Source of the DNA: the human T2T-CHM13v2.0 reference genome, Homo sapiens | DNA: 64,000 bases | Assembly: GCF_009914755.1 (NCBI RefSeq) | Contig: NC_060932.1 | Direction: 5' to 3' (one strand) | Part shown: positions 45,241 through 64,000 of the stretch, in pieces | How positions within the stretch are numbered: position 1 is the stretch's first letter | How the letters are laid out: each line of letters starts with the position of its first letter | Made by a program: the position numbers and the translations under genes | The notes under the pieces: model-generated | The model's database searches: none | What the model was told of the DNA's origin: nothing | Seen by the model: only the letters and a program-made list of their open reading frames with translations

Positions 45241-46030
45241 ATAATTAAATGGCTTTATGGCAGGAATTAATTTCTTTTCAAGGCATAAATGAAAGATTAT
45301 TTTCCAAATGAATCGTCTATATAGGGTTCATTTTAGAAGAAGCACAGTAACCTTTTAAGGCAGTGTATTCCTTGTGGTGGTGGTGTTTTGCATTGTTGGT
45401 ATTTAAATCACAAACTGTAATGTATATTTCTTGAAAGGACCAGAAATAATCTAGTTTATCACTTGTGTCCAATAGGGAAATGAAGGGAGTAAGATGTTCT
45501 TGTCTAAAGTCTTATTGCCAGGGTAGAGCTCAGGTCACTTATCTCCTAGTTTTACATTTTCTCCATTGTACTACCTGTTACCAAAGGTGGCTGAAACATT
45601 TTAGTTCATTGTGCTCAAATACTGCTAATTTGTGTTGGACACTCGGGATTTGAATTACTTCCTTTTTATAGATATGTATTGATTTTTGATAGTAATTAAG
45701 TTTATCTCTATTATATAGTGTACATTATCTAAACATCTCATCCAGGTAGTATAAAAACAATTAGTGCAATCAGTGATTTGTTATGTGCCTCTGCTCCTGA
45801 TTATGTGTCTTAAGAGGCCTACAGGCATCTCAGCATGTCTGTGGGATCCTAGATGGCTTCTGTTCTGCTGTTGTCCTGAGTCTTCCAGCTATTTGCTGAC
45901 CACCGAATTATAAAGCACCTCTCCTAGAGATCTCTTGAGTATATGTGTATCCTTGGTTATTATATTGCCTGATTTAATTCATTGACATACATTTGGGACA
46001 TCGTGTTGTATACTATATGAAATATACTGA

Positions 46031-46349
46031 TTTCTTTCTTTCTTTCTTTTTTTTTTTTTTGAGACAAGTTCTCGCTCTGCTGTCCAGTCTGGAGTCCAGT
46101 GGCATGATCTTGGTGCACTGCAACCTCATCTCATCAGCTCAAGCCATCCTCCCTACCTTAGCCTCCCGATTAGCTGGGACCACAGGTACATGCCACCACA
46201 GTTTTTGTATGGCTAGTTTTTGTATTTTTTGTAGAGATGAGATTTCGCCATGTTGCCCAGGCTGGTTTCAAACTCCTGGCCTCAAGTGATTTGCCTGCAT
46301 CAGCCTCCCAAAGTGGTGGGATTACAGGCATAAGCCACTGTGCCCAGCC
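46031..46349 (-). mobile_element. AluJ
   Basis: TSD AAATATACTGATTT. Confidence 0.95.
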
Positions 46350-46668
46350 TAAAATATACTGATTTATATATTATGTTTTGGATTAATTTCCAAATGGACA
46401 TAGGAACATATTTGGTTTGTACTGTTATTTTTAAATGAAAATATAATTAGCTTGTCTTGTTTTGTTTTATAGGACCTTTCCTAGGACCATAATTTATTAG
46501 AATTCAAAGAGTAGATTTATTTTGCAAATTCAAACCTACTTTTTTAAGGGAAAGGGAAGAATTGACATTAATTATATATAGCTTGAATTTTTATCTTTTA
46601 ATTATAAACTTGAAAGTCTATTTATAAAAATGGAAAAACAAATGAACATCTATTAAAATATGGGTTAT

Positions 46669-46970
46669 GGGCCAGGTGTGGTGGCTCACACCTGTAATCC
46701 CAGCACTTTGGGAGGCCAAGGCGGGCAGATCACCTGAGGTCAGGAGTTTGACACCAGCCTGACCAACATGGCCAAACCCTGTCTCTACCAAAAATACAAA
46801 AATTAGCCGGGCATGGTGGCGCATGCCTGTAATCCCAGCTATGTGGGAGGCTGAGGCAGTGGAATTGCCTGAACCTGGGAGGTGGAGGTTGCAGTGAGCC
46901 TACAGTGAGCCGAGATTGTGCCATTGGACTCCAGCCTGGGCGACAGAGCGAGACTCTGTCTTAAAAAAAA
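46669..46970 (+). mobile_element. AluS
   Basis: Full dimer with a short internal duplication of CAGTGAGCC. Confidence 0.95.
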
Positions 46971-47007
46971 ACCTGGGTTATATAGAAGGACTTAAAATTT
47001 AGTGTTG

Positions 47008-47310
47008 TGTCCGGGTGAGGTGGCTCCTCCCTGTAATTTCAGTGTTTTGGGAAGCTGATGCAGGAGGATTGCTTGAAGCCAGGAGTTTGAGACCAACCAG
47101 CCTGGGCCTCATAGTGAGATTCCATCTCTACAAAAAATTTTTAAAAATTAGCTGCGTGTAGTGGTTTGCACCTGTAGTCCCAGCTACTCAGGAAGCTAAG
47201 GCAGGATCATTTGAGCCAAAGTTGGAGCCTGTGGTGAGCTATGATCGCACCACTACACTCCAAGATGGGTGACAGAGTGAGACCCTATCTCTAAAAAAAA
47301 AAAAAAAAAA
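47008..47310 (+). mobile_element. AluJ
   Basis: Full dimer. Confidence 0.9.
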
Positions 47311-47924
47311 TTACTGTTGATTGTACCACCAGGGTAGTTGGGGCATTTGAAAGCATGTTTATGTATTTTTTAAAGGTTAGTTTGACAAGATAATTGACCT
47401 ACCAGTCTATATGATGGCCAGTTGTAGGATGGTAGAAAAACTTTGTTGAGCAATGTTTTTTGAACTATTTGTGGTAACGCAACATTTTTATAATCTCATT
47501 GGCTGATAGTGTCTTTTGTAAAATACAATAAAAATGGGTAACTAGAAAAATTAAGTGGAAAAAATAGCCAAAGAAATATGATACAAGTCCAAATATCAGT
47601 TTCAGGAGATATATTAATTGGTCAAATTGCTATTAAAATTTCTAAACACTTAGTCTCAATTTCTGTAACTAGTCATGGACCAGTTTCAGACAGTAACAGT
47701 GCCCATGGATCAATACTGGTCTACAGACCAGACTTTGAGAAGAACTGTCCTAGAATATACAAATGCTATGTAGTATTAGGAGTCATTGCTAAGCTGAAGA
47801 GTTGTCTTTCACACCAGACACAGCTCCTGCAAACAATCTACAGGTGCCTCGCCTGCTAAAGTGCTTAGTAGCCTTCTATGAAGACCAAAAAAAAATGAGA
47901 CTTGAGAACTTCTTTAAAAAAGAA

Positions 47925-49050
47925 ACAACAAACTTTACTGACATATAATTTATTTGGTGTAAAATTCATCTGTATTAAGTGTACTGCTCAATGACTTCTA
48001 GTGAATTTTCCAACTTGTGCAAAACACCACGACAATCCAATTTTAGAACTTTTTTTTTTTTGAGACCCATTTTTGGCTCAAATGGGTCTTTCATCACCCA
48101 GGCTGTAGTACTGTGGTGTGATCATGGCTCACTGCAGCCTTGACTTCCTGGGCTCAGGTGATTCTCCTGCCTCAAGCCTGTTCAGTCCCAGAACACTTTC
48201 ATCACCTCCACAAGAACCCTTATGTTCTTTTATACTTAATCCCTATTCCTAGCCCCAACCCCAGCTCCAGACAACCACCATGCTTTATGTGTTTATACCA
48301 ACCAAAATACCTTTTGTGTTTACAGATTTGTACTTTCCAGACATTTTATGTAAATGGAATCAGACAGTATGTGGCCTTTTGTTTCTGGTCTCTTTGACTA
48401 AGTGTAATGTTTTTGAAGTTCATCCACTTTGTAGCATGTATCAATATTCTGTTTTTTATTGCTGAATAGCATTCAGTTGTTTTAAAATACCACATTTTGT
48501 TTGTCCACCAGCTGATGGTTGTTTGGGATGTTTCCAGATTGGAGGATATTTTTAAAAATGCTTTTATGACATTTGCATGCAACTTTTTGGGGGAACATGT
48601 TTTTATTTCTTGGATAGGTACCTAGAAGTGGTATTGTTGGCTTGCATGGTATCTATGTTTAGCTTTTTAAGAAACTGCAAAACTATTTTACTGTTTCACC
48701 AGCAATGTATTAGAGTCGCAGTTTCTTCACATCCTTGTCAACACTTGTTATTGTCTATCTTTTTTTATTATAGCCATTCTAGTGGGAATGGTATTGGATT
48801 GCATTTCCCTAATAACTAATGATGTTGAGCATGTTTTCATGTGCTTATTGGCAATTCATATATCTTTTTTGATGAAATATCTATTCAGGTATTTGCTCAT
48901 CTTATAGTTGGGTTGTCATCATATTGAACTGTAAGAATTCTGTATGTATTTGGGATACATGTCTTTTATAGATATATTAATATGTTTTGCAGATATTTTC
49001 TCCTAACCCTTGTCTTTTCTTTCTCTTACTGATTTGTTTTGAAAGGGGAA
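47925..49050 (-). mobile_element. L1MB/MC 3' region with an Alu fragment (~48050-48178)
   Basis: TTGCATTTCCCTAATAACTAATGATGTTGAGCATG. Confidence 0.85.
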
Positions 49051-49506
49051 CCTTTCAATTCTTCTTAAAATTCATGCTCATTTTAAAGAATCACAGAGAC
49101 TAATGAAATGAGAGAGCAGTGACAGGGTACCTTACTCTGCTTCAGCTCTATTTCAGAAAGTAATTATCTAATTGTAGAGTTCACTTGCTTAGTGATGCTA
49201 AATGACCACGTCAGTGTTTCAAACCTGATATTCTGGTGGTTGTACTGGGGGAGTCGATTTGCCACCATACCACTGACAGAACATCATCTTTTACTGTAAT
49301 TCCTTAAGCAGTCAGATTTCTTAGTTGGAAGCAACAAAAACTGATTTTGGCCTATTTAACCTAGAAGTAAATTTATTAAATAGATGTTAGGAAGCTCTTA
49401 GAATTGCTAGGAAGACTGCAGCCAGGCTTGTACAATGAGAAGACCTGGGGGGAGGGTGCTGTCCTTGGCAGAAACCAGTCAGAGCCACACCACAGGTGCA
49501 GTCTGA

Positions 49507-49852
<346 letters not shown>

Positions 49853-50065
49853 GCTGCTTGACTTTTATTGCTGCTTCTCCTAAAACTTGCCCCTGCTGCA
49901 GTGGTCATCTCTATTTAAGAGGGTTCTTTCTGGTTGTGACACCAGCACTACACCATTTTACATAAGTGATTTGAGCGTCTATAGATTTTGGTATCTGCAG
50001 GGTTGGGGGAGGGCAGAGGGGAGTATTTTGGAACCAGCCCACTGCAGATACCAAGGGACAACTGT

Positions 50066-50452
50066 ACAGATGGTCCCCGACTTACCATGGCTTGACTTAA
50101 TGATTTTTTAACTTTATGATGGTGCAAAAGTGATATGCATTCAGTAAAAACTATACTTCATATTTTGAATTTTGACTTCTTTCCCAACTGGCCATATGTG
50201 ATATGCTACCTTTTCACAATGCTGGGCCAAATCATCTAACCAAAGGCTATTTTATAATAAAGTGTTGAATATCTCATTTAATTTATTGAACACTATACTG
50301 AAACTGTTCTAAGCACATTTTGATTAGGCTAGGCTAAGCTATGATGTTTGATAGGTTAGATGTATTAAATGTGTATTCAACATAACAATACTTTCAACTT
50401 ACTATGGGTTTATCAGGATGTGACCTTACGCTAAGTTGAGGAGCATCTGTAC
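50066..50452. mobile_element. MER47/Tigger5-like DNA transposon
   Basis: Inverted termini TACAGATGGTCCCCGACTTA / TAAGTTGAGGAGCATCTGTA. Confidence 0.8.
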
Positions 50453-50549
50453 TGTATTTCTAAAGGAAGCTGGGATATGAATATCTGGCATTTTCAAGCT
50501 TCTTAATGAAAAATAGGTACTCCATCTTATTAGTATTGAAGAATCTCGA

Positions 50550-51925
50550 GTGTTTCCCATCTTAAAAAGAAAACACAAGCTCCCTCAACCTCACTTTCCC
50601 ATCCAGATTCTGCCATGTTTCTGTTTTCTCATCTATAGACAATATTGACTATTCTCAACCCCATTTCTTGATGAACTCTTCAATCCACCAGAATCTGGTG
50701 TATACCCTCATTAATCTCCAAAACTCTTTTTCACAATTTCGCTAAAATTCATGGACAAATTTCAGTTTTCTGGTTTGATATTTCAGCAGTTTTTGTCAAT
50801 GATCATTCCTTCTTTATGAAACACTTGCTTCTGCGGCTTCTTTGATACTTCTGTGTTTTGGGTTTTCTTCTTTTGGAGGCTGCTTCTTGCCCTTCAAGTT
50901 CCTCAGAGCTCTGCTCCAGGCCCTATTCTTGTCTAAACATACTCCATAAGCAAGCTCATCTACCTTTATAGCCTCATTTACCACTTACAGACTAGCCTAG
51001 GCCTCTCTGTTGAGTTCCAGAGAGAACTTTATACTAGATATTTCTTTTGGGGTGTTTCAAAGTCATCTCAAAGATGCCTTTTTATGCTTTAAAAAACATA
51101 CTTAAGTTTTCTCCACTTCTAGTATTGCTTATTGTAGGAAATGACACCAACGATCAAACACCTATTCAAGCTAAAAACCTGAGGATTATCTCTGATTCTT
51201 ACTTCCTTCATGTTAACTCTTCTATATTCTGTTTCCAAATATCACCATTTCACCATTTCTCCCTTTTCCTCCTATAGTCACCCTGATCCAAGTCATTGTC
51301 AGTGATGGCCTAGAATGGTTACTGTAAAATCTCCTAATGACACTCCCTAGTGCTGGTCTTGCCCTCTTTCCCCACGGGATAGCAAGATGGATAATGTTAT
51401 CCTTAAGTCTTTTTAAACCCTTGCCCTTAGGGTAAAGTCCAAACTATTTAATATGCTTTGTAAGACTCTCCAACATATTTGCACTCACTTATCTCTAACA
51501 TTATTACTACTTTTCTTTTTGCATTTGATGTTCCAGCTAATCTTCTTTAAGTTTCTCAGTTGGGCAAGCTTTTTCCTGCCTGTTACCCCACATGCTGTTC
51601 TCTCTAAGTAGGTGAATTCACCCTCCCACCTCGCCTTCACCATCCCATTTCCCCACTTCTCAACCCGGCAATGTCCATTAGTTCTTTGTGTCTTACTTTA
51701 AATACTTCCCTAGATTAGGTTAGGATATTTTCTTACATGCTTCTGGAATACTCTGTACTTTCCCTATAGTACACATTACAACTTATTGTAATTATTTGTC
51801 TGTTTTCCCACTAGACTGTAAACTGCATAGGGTTAAGAACCATGCATTTCTCTTTCTCTCCCCATAGCACCCAGCACAGTTCTTGACTCATAGTAAATGC
51901 TTAGTAACGTCTGCTAAGTGAATAG
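50550..51925 (+). mobile_element. L2 fragment
   Basis: Pyrimidine-rich body and L2 3' end CCCACTAGACTGTAAACT...CAGCACAG. Confidence 0.75.
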
Positions 51926-51940
51926 AGATCCTTTGATCTG

Positions 51941-52363
<423 letters not shown>

Positions 52364-53472
52364 CTGATCTGTTTTAAAAAGAGATAGCCTCCTTGTATTA
52401 AATAAAATCAGCCTAACCACTTGAGATGGGTAAGTTCAGTGTGTACATTTATATTCATCTACAGAAAAACTACCGAGAATTTTATAAACCTGCATTGTCA
52501 AAGAGGATATTAGAAAACGATTGGGACTTATATAGTAAAATCTGTATTTAGGAACTTAAGGATCAAATTGTAAATGTGGGATCAAATAGATACCCCATCT
52601 ATTAAAGAATGGCCAGTGGGAAATTTAACATACTAATTAAACACTTAAAAAAATCGCCTCATCAGAATCATCTTTTCCCACTTTAAACTGTGGACAGGCA
52701 CTGTTTTGCTAGGTAAGTAAATATCTGAACACACGCCTTCACTTGTCTTGATCAAGACAAACATCTGTATAAACTTCAGCTTAGCATTCTTTGAACCACA
52801 GCACTGCAGACAGCCATGACAGTTAATGTGACATTGAAGCCTATTTGACATCCCTAACCTAAGTTAGAGGGTCAGTAACATTTGAATTAATAAAATAAAT
52901 ATGTGGTTTTCATTTCAGTGAAAATTTCTTTTTTTGCTCTTATTTCAGTGAGAACTTCCTTGTTAGAATATATTCTACTTTATTTGAACACAGTGTTATA
53001 CTTGTAATACCTATAATGGAAATGAAATGCTTTATAAAAACCAGTGAATGCATTATAAGCATATGCAAATAGAGTGAAAGAACTGCAAAGGAAATTCCGC
53101 AGAACATATTTTTATTTCTTCAAAGGTGGCTATAGAAGTACTTCTGGATTAGATATGTTCAGTTGCAAAATAACAAATTCTATGGAAACCAACAAACTAT
53201 AAAGGAAATTTATTTGTTTATATATCACAAAATCCAAAGACAGGTAAGACTTCTGGCAAAAATTGATCCAGAGGTTCTAAGATGTCATCAGTAATCTTTG
53301 TTGTTGTTGTAGTGTTGTGTTGTTTTACTTTGCATTCTCAACTTCCTAGAGCAACTCTATCCAATAGGAATATAATGCCTATTACATTTTAAAATTTAAA
53401 TATTCTAGTTACTACATTTTATGAAGTAAAAAGAAACAGATGAAATTCATTTTTTTTAAAGAGACAGGGTCT

Positions 53473-54050
<578 letters not shown>

Positions 54051-54579
54051 AAAATTAATTTTAATAACAGGTTTTATTTAACTCAGTATTTCCAAAATAT
54101 TACTATTTCACATGGAATTAGTATAAAAATTGAGATATTTTACGTTCTTAAGTCTTCAAAACTGGTATTTTACTCTTACAACATGTCTTAATTCGGACTA
54201 GCCAGATTTCAAAGGCCCAGTAACCACATGTAGCCAGAGGCTACTGTTTTGGACAGCAGTTATAGTTTCTACTTTGTCTTAAGGCTGGCTCTCATTTTCT
54301 CAAGTTGGCCACTGCAGTCAGCAGATTTATGTGTTTTCTTGTTCATATCTTTAAGAAAGAAGACAGCATATTTTCAGTATCTGCCCTCTAAGTAAGGGGA
54401 AATTTTTCCCCAGAATCCCTCAGCAGATGTCACCATGAGTTTCATTGTTTGTATTGGGCCTTCTGATCATCCATGATTCCTGCCACTGTAACCAGGAGGA
54501 TGAAATGTACTGAATAGTATGTGCCAATCAGGAATTACCCATGGGATATAACCCAGGATCACAAATCCTATGCTATTCA

Positions 54580-56830
<2,251 letters not shown>

Positions 56831-57344
56831 TTATCAAAAAATCATAACTCGTGAAATGTTTGTGCTGTATTTGAGTTTATAAACATCATTTTACCACCAG
56901 CACGCCGAGTTTAAGTGCTTCCCACCTTCCATTTAACATAAGTATTTTAAAGTAGTAAGTATCACTGTCATCAATAACATAGTCATTTTCTGGAACATGA
57001 ATAAACACATAAGGTCTGCTGCTATTTATGATATATTATCAAAGTTGTTTACACACCTGTATTCAGTGTGTAAAGTCATAACCCTGTTTTAAAAACAGCA
57101 GGAACTTCTGAAGACATCCAAATAACTATAGCAACTTTTAAAGTATTTCTTTATACTATCAATTCTAAATAGAAAAATTAGGGAATTAGAAAACAGGGAA
57201 GTTCTTTTTCTTGAGGAAAACAGAGAGGAAAGTGACAGAATATTGACTGCTCAGTGTTCATGTCATAAATTTTTCTCCATTGGTGAAGGATTAACCCAGT
57301 AACAGATACAGTTAGCCTTCTAACTGTACACTATGTTTTTGACT

Positions 57345-57830
57345 GTGCCTTTGTTTGTGGGGAATTGGTTCCAGGACTCCCTTTGGCTACCAAAATCTGC
57401 TGATGTTCAAGTCCCTTAGATGGCCCTTCTGTATCCAAGGGTTCTTCATCTGCAGATTTAACCAACCATGGATGGAAAACACTGTATTTATTTCAGTATT
57501 TATTGTATTATAGCCAACACAATACTGTATTTTCATGTAATTTAATTCTCTGGCCTTTTTATTGGGATAATTTTGACCGCATAAAATGATTCGGGAAATG
57601 TTTTCTTCCCTTATATTTTCTGGAAGAAATTGAGTAGAATTGACATTATTTCTTTATTGAATATTTGGTCTATACTTAATCTCAGTATTTATTGCGTTAC
57701 AGATAGCACAATGCTGTATTTTCAATAATTTCAATAAACAATACAGTGGATTGTTTATTAGCTGCAGATTTCCATAGTTGATTGAATCCTCAGATGTAAA
57801 ACTCATGGATATGGAGGGCCAACTGTATAG
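57345..57830. mobile_element. MER2/Tigger-like element
   Basis: GGGAATTGGTTCCAGGAC...GGATATGGAGGGCCAACTGTA. Confidence 0.75.
57533..57670 (+). repeat. Templated copy of 56143-56282 (L1 fragment) inside a Tigger-type element
   Basis: TCATGTAATTTAAT...TTGAATATTTGGTC at both sites. Confidence 0.8.
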
Positions 57831-58157
57831 GCAAAAGATGTAAGATGTCCACAACTTGAATGACTTGTTTATAATTTTGGATGTCATAGTAATACACAAT
57901 ACCCACACACATTTTTATTTTCTTTTGGCAAAATCCATTTCCTTGGAAGGTAGTATATAATTTGTATTTTTGTAAATCAAATTTTGTTACACATGACCTA
58001 AGCAAGAACAAGCAAAGCTAAAACAATAAAATCCTATTTTAAATTCTTTTGTAAAATGAATACTCAAGAGATCAGTGTTATAGCTTAATTTTAAAATGAA
58101 AGCCATAGTCAAAAGTGTATTTCAAATGCTAAATATTATAAAGAACAAGTGAAGTTT

Positions 58158-58184
58158 TGTGTGTGTGTGTGTGTGTGTGTGTGT
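58158..58184. repeat. (TG)n microsatellite
   Basis: About 13 TG units. Confidence 0.95.
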
Positions 58185-59233
58185 TTTTCAATAGCTAGAC
58201 CTAGAGATGTATTGCACACAGGGCTGGCTTATGAATAAACAAGAACATTTATTGTGACAGATGCAGCATTTTTTTCTACACTTCTTCCAAGATTTTACAT
58301 CAACCAGGTAAACTTGACAACCTAGTTTCAAATTTATATGTTAACCTTTTATTTATATTCGTTGTTTCTTAGCTCCAGATACCATTTACTAACTTGTGCC
58401 TCTCTGCATCAAATTCGTTAACCTGTTTTTATTAACTAATTTATCAAATCACTATTGAGTTCCTACTATAAACAAGGTACTATGGTAGGGCCTTGGAATA
58501 TAGTTGTGAATAATACAATTGGTCATCCAAACTCATAAGCCCTTCATATTTGCTTATAAATTAAAACCCTAGGCAGTATTTGCCTGAAGTTTAAATATAT
58601 TACATTTTATTATGAGAATTTTTTGTGTTGCCATAATGGAAAAGATGTAACTGTTAAGATATTATATGATTAGATTATCTCGTGAGATTTATCTTTTTAA
58701 ATGATTCTCTGTAAGCATGTATTCATTTATGCATAGTGCCCTCATACCCAAATATTTCCTCAAAGAAATTAATGGGCATTTATTGAGTACCTACCATGCT
58801 GGAGACTGTGGCTAGGTTTACTGTCTGATGAAAGAGATATGAATATAAACGAGCCAAGAAGTATGATTGTTGCCATAATAGAAACATGCTCAAGGTGGTG
58901 TAGAAGGAAAGTGCTTAATCTGCCTTGATTTTTTAGAGGAGAGTGTCAGAAAAGTATTCATCTATCTTTTGAGAGACCAGACAATCAGTAGATGAAATAA
59001 TCATAGTGGAGAAGCTAGGGTAAGTGAAATTTAAGTAGAGATTTATGTTATTTTACTTTATATCTGACTTAAAGAATAACATACTCTAACATAAACCAGA
59101 CAAAAAATATAAGAAAACTTTTATGGATTCCAGAATGATTTGTAATAAGTGGTACTAAATGCACTATAACATTATGATATAAATAAATCTTTAAAACAAA
59201 CATTTCATAAGCATTTAAAATCATCCCTAAACC

Positions 59234-59519
<286 letters not shown>

Positions 59520-60236
59520 TCATACCTAAACCAAAAATATTTCCATAGACGTTTGACCATCACTTGATATCAGGATGATGGATTATGACCTGTTATTTTT
59601 AGTTTGTCATGTAGTGAATATACTGTATAAAGGAAACCTGTAGACTTGAGAAAGATTTTAATAAAGCTTCTCTACATGTAAGTAAAATAGGCAAGAATGA
59701 ATACTACCAATAATACCACAAAGTATTAGTAGATATGGTTGACCAAATGAACCAACATGATTACGAGATACTTTAATGATGGATTTGATAACTGCATATG
59801 TTTCATTCATTATTCAGTGTTATGATAACTGCAAAATTACTCCAAAATACACATCCTCATTTGAAGTACAGAACATATACCATAAAACATGCTTATATTT
59901 AATTTTAAAAGACATAGGAAGCTTATAAAAATAAAATAGTTATGTGTTGTCTTTTATGTTGTAGGGCTACTAAATAAGTAAAATACAAAAGCTCTATCAC
60001 TTGAGTAGCTTCTCATTTATGGAGATAGAGAAGACCTATATGCAGAAATGCTTGGGATCAAGGTAGTACATACTAAGGTGATGAATTATGCTAAATCAAC
60101 AAATGAGTACATAAGAAGCTAACCATCACAAAAGTAATACTTAGAAGAGGAGTATTAGAAAAGGGAGACAATTATGAACTAATGTCATCAGGAAAAGCTA
60201 CAGGGAGGAGGCCAAACTTAAATTTTGCCTGGAAAT

Positions 60237-60597
60237 ATAGTTGGTTCTGTATATCTGTTGGTCCCACATCCATGGATTTATGCAGCTATGGATCAAAAAT
60301 ATATGGGGAAGAAAAAGTAAAGGTTGTGTCTGTCCTGAACAAATACAGACTTTTTCCTTATTATTCCCTAAACAATACAGTCAGACAACCATTTACGTGG
60401 TATTTACATTGTATTAGATAGTATAAGTAATCTAGAGATGCTTTAAAGTACACCAGAGGTTGTGCGTAGGTTCTTTGCAAATGCTACGCTATTTTACATA
60501 AGGGATTTGAGCATCCATGGATTTTGATGTCTGTGGGGAGGTGGGACGGAGGGTGGTCCTGAAACCAATCGCCCAAAGATACCAAGGGACAACTGTA
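60237..60597. mobile_element. Tigger4/MER46-like element
   Basis: TATAGTTGGTTCTGTATATC / GATACCAAGGGACAACTGTA termini. Confidence 0.8.
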
Positions 60598-61159
60598 ATA
60601 GGACAACACTTTGTTGGGCTTTTATTTTTGAATTCTACTTTTTAAAGTACTTTTATCTTTGCAAAATCAAATCTGTGCTTTGAGAAATGAAGCAAAACAT
60701 TCTTTGTTTAATGTTTTCTTTGTGGCTTATCAGTAGTTATTAACCTGGGTACCGTTGAAATCTAAAAATTATGAATTCTTACAGTAATACACATACACAA
60801 TTTCCACATAATTTCAGACAGTTCTCAGACCTCTAGTTAACTCACCAGGCATTAATTTTATGTTATTTTCTTAAATTATTCTTAATCTGTAATGGAGACT
60901 TTGAACACATTAAGTTGTGTTTGAAGAGGAGTAACAATATATTATTTCTAATATATTCTATGAGTTACTACTGTGAAATCTCATTTATCCAGAGTGTGCT
61001 TTGGTAGCAACCATACTTTTGTGGCATAATAATAGTTTCCTGGAATAATAATAATTTATTGTGATTAAAGTGATGCTATGTGTCTGATCTCTCTTTACAC
61101 ATCAAGTAATACTATAAAAAAGCCCACAGGTAGATGGGCATTATCCCTTTTTTGTACTT

Positions 61160-62800
<1,641 letters not shown>

Positions 62801-62804
62801 ATTC

Positions 62805-63093
62805 TTTTCTTTTTGAGACAGAGTTTCGCTCTTGTCCATGCTGGAGTGCAATGGTGTAATCTCAGCTCACCACAACCTCCGCCTCCTGGGTTCAAGTGAT
62901 TCTCCTGCCTCAGCTTCCTGAGTAGCTGGGATTACAGGTATGTGTCACCGTGCCCGGCTAATTTTGTATTTTTAGTAGAAACAGGGTTTCTCCATGTTGG
63001 TCAGGCTGGTCTCAAACTCTCAGCCTCAGGTGATCCACCCGCCTCGGCCTCCCAAAGTGCTGGGATTACAGGCATGAGCCACCGCGCCCAGCC
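62805..63093 (-). mobile_element. AluSp/Sq-like
   Basis: Full dimer. Confidence 0.95.
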
Positions 63094-63209
63094 TCTTTTT
63101 TTTTTTTTTTTTTCTAATAGTTGAAGAAAGTGAAGTTCAGTGAAGTTATGAATTACATATAAGAGCAGAACCTGTTATCTTTCCTATTAGTGATTTTTTT
63201 TTTTTTACT

Positions 63210-63420
63210 AGGAGTTGATAAACTATGGCCTAAAGCCAAATTGGATTCACCATCTGTTTTTGTTCAGTCATAACCTAAGAATGATGTTAAATTTTTAATT
63301 AAAAAATTAAAAGAATAATATTATGTGACATGTGAAAGTTATATCGTTCAAATCTCATTGTCCACAAATCAGGTTTTAGTAGAACACAGGCGTACACATT
63401 TTGTTGGTGTATTGTCTGTG
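63210..63420. mobile_element. MER58-like element
   Basis: AAACTATGGCC...GCCAAATT start. Confidence 0.6.
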
Positions 63421-64000
63421 GTTCAGAGTGCATGGGGTGTTTTGTACCAGTGACTAAGAACTTAGCTCCTGAATAAGAATACTTTAAAGGGAGAATAACC
63501 CAAGGTTTGCATCTGATCAGCCTGGTTGCAGAGAAAACTGTTTTGTTTTTTTTCTTCAGGGTGTTCTTTAGTTCTAGTTTTGTTCTTTTTAAATGGCAGC
63601 CATGTAGTTATTGTTTAATCCTTTCTTTTGTTTATTGGCAAACACTATATTCATTATTGTTTGCTCTCAGTTATGTGGTGGTAATGGGGAAAATGTTTTG
63701 AAAGCACATAGAGTTCTATAGTTGAAAATAAGATGTGTTGTTTTTAGTAAAGCACTGCAGGTAAACCACCTTGACCCTGTCAGAAATACAGACTCAGCCT
63801 TGAGGTTTTGACCCTGGCAGTGAAAAAAAAATCTCTCTCATTATTTTACAAGTATCCATCTATTCCATTTCTTCCTCATTATGTTGCTTCTTTTGTGTCT
63901 TTTTAATGAGAGACTTTTATTTCAAGAAATCTTTTTATTTGATCCTCATAAAGGCTTTTTTATATTTTAAAAATAATGTATTAAAAATAATATAAAAGTA

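Overview
Primate genomic DNA, almost certainly human or great ape (about 40 Alus, L1/L2/MIR, MaLR LTRs, DNA-transposon fossils and a full-length SVA). I found no intact protein-coding exon; nearly all track ORFs are Alu, SVA or L1 artefacts. The centre is a CpG-island bidirectional promoter (~28.1-29.5 kb) with six ZNF143/SBS-like ACTACA motifs plus ETS and YY1 sites. Rightward it appears to drive a + strand gene (not identified; non-coding first exon, >35 kb without a coding exon). Leftward it appears to drive a spliced - strand transcript. Its candidate exons (about 24.0 to 6.5 kb), hand-translated after removing Alu and THE1 insertions, read as a decayed protein with repeated RGS-domain-like motifs, i.e. 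a candidate unitary pseudogene or fossil lncRNA of an RGS22/RGSL1-like gene. Other notable items: an SVA with a 17-bp TSD and a short 3' transduction, three local templated duplications (one carrying splice sites), and a four-layer nested insertion containing a 7SL pseudogene. Repeat boundaries and subfamily calls are by eye and approximate.
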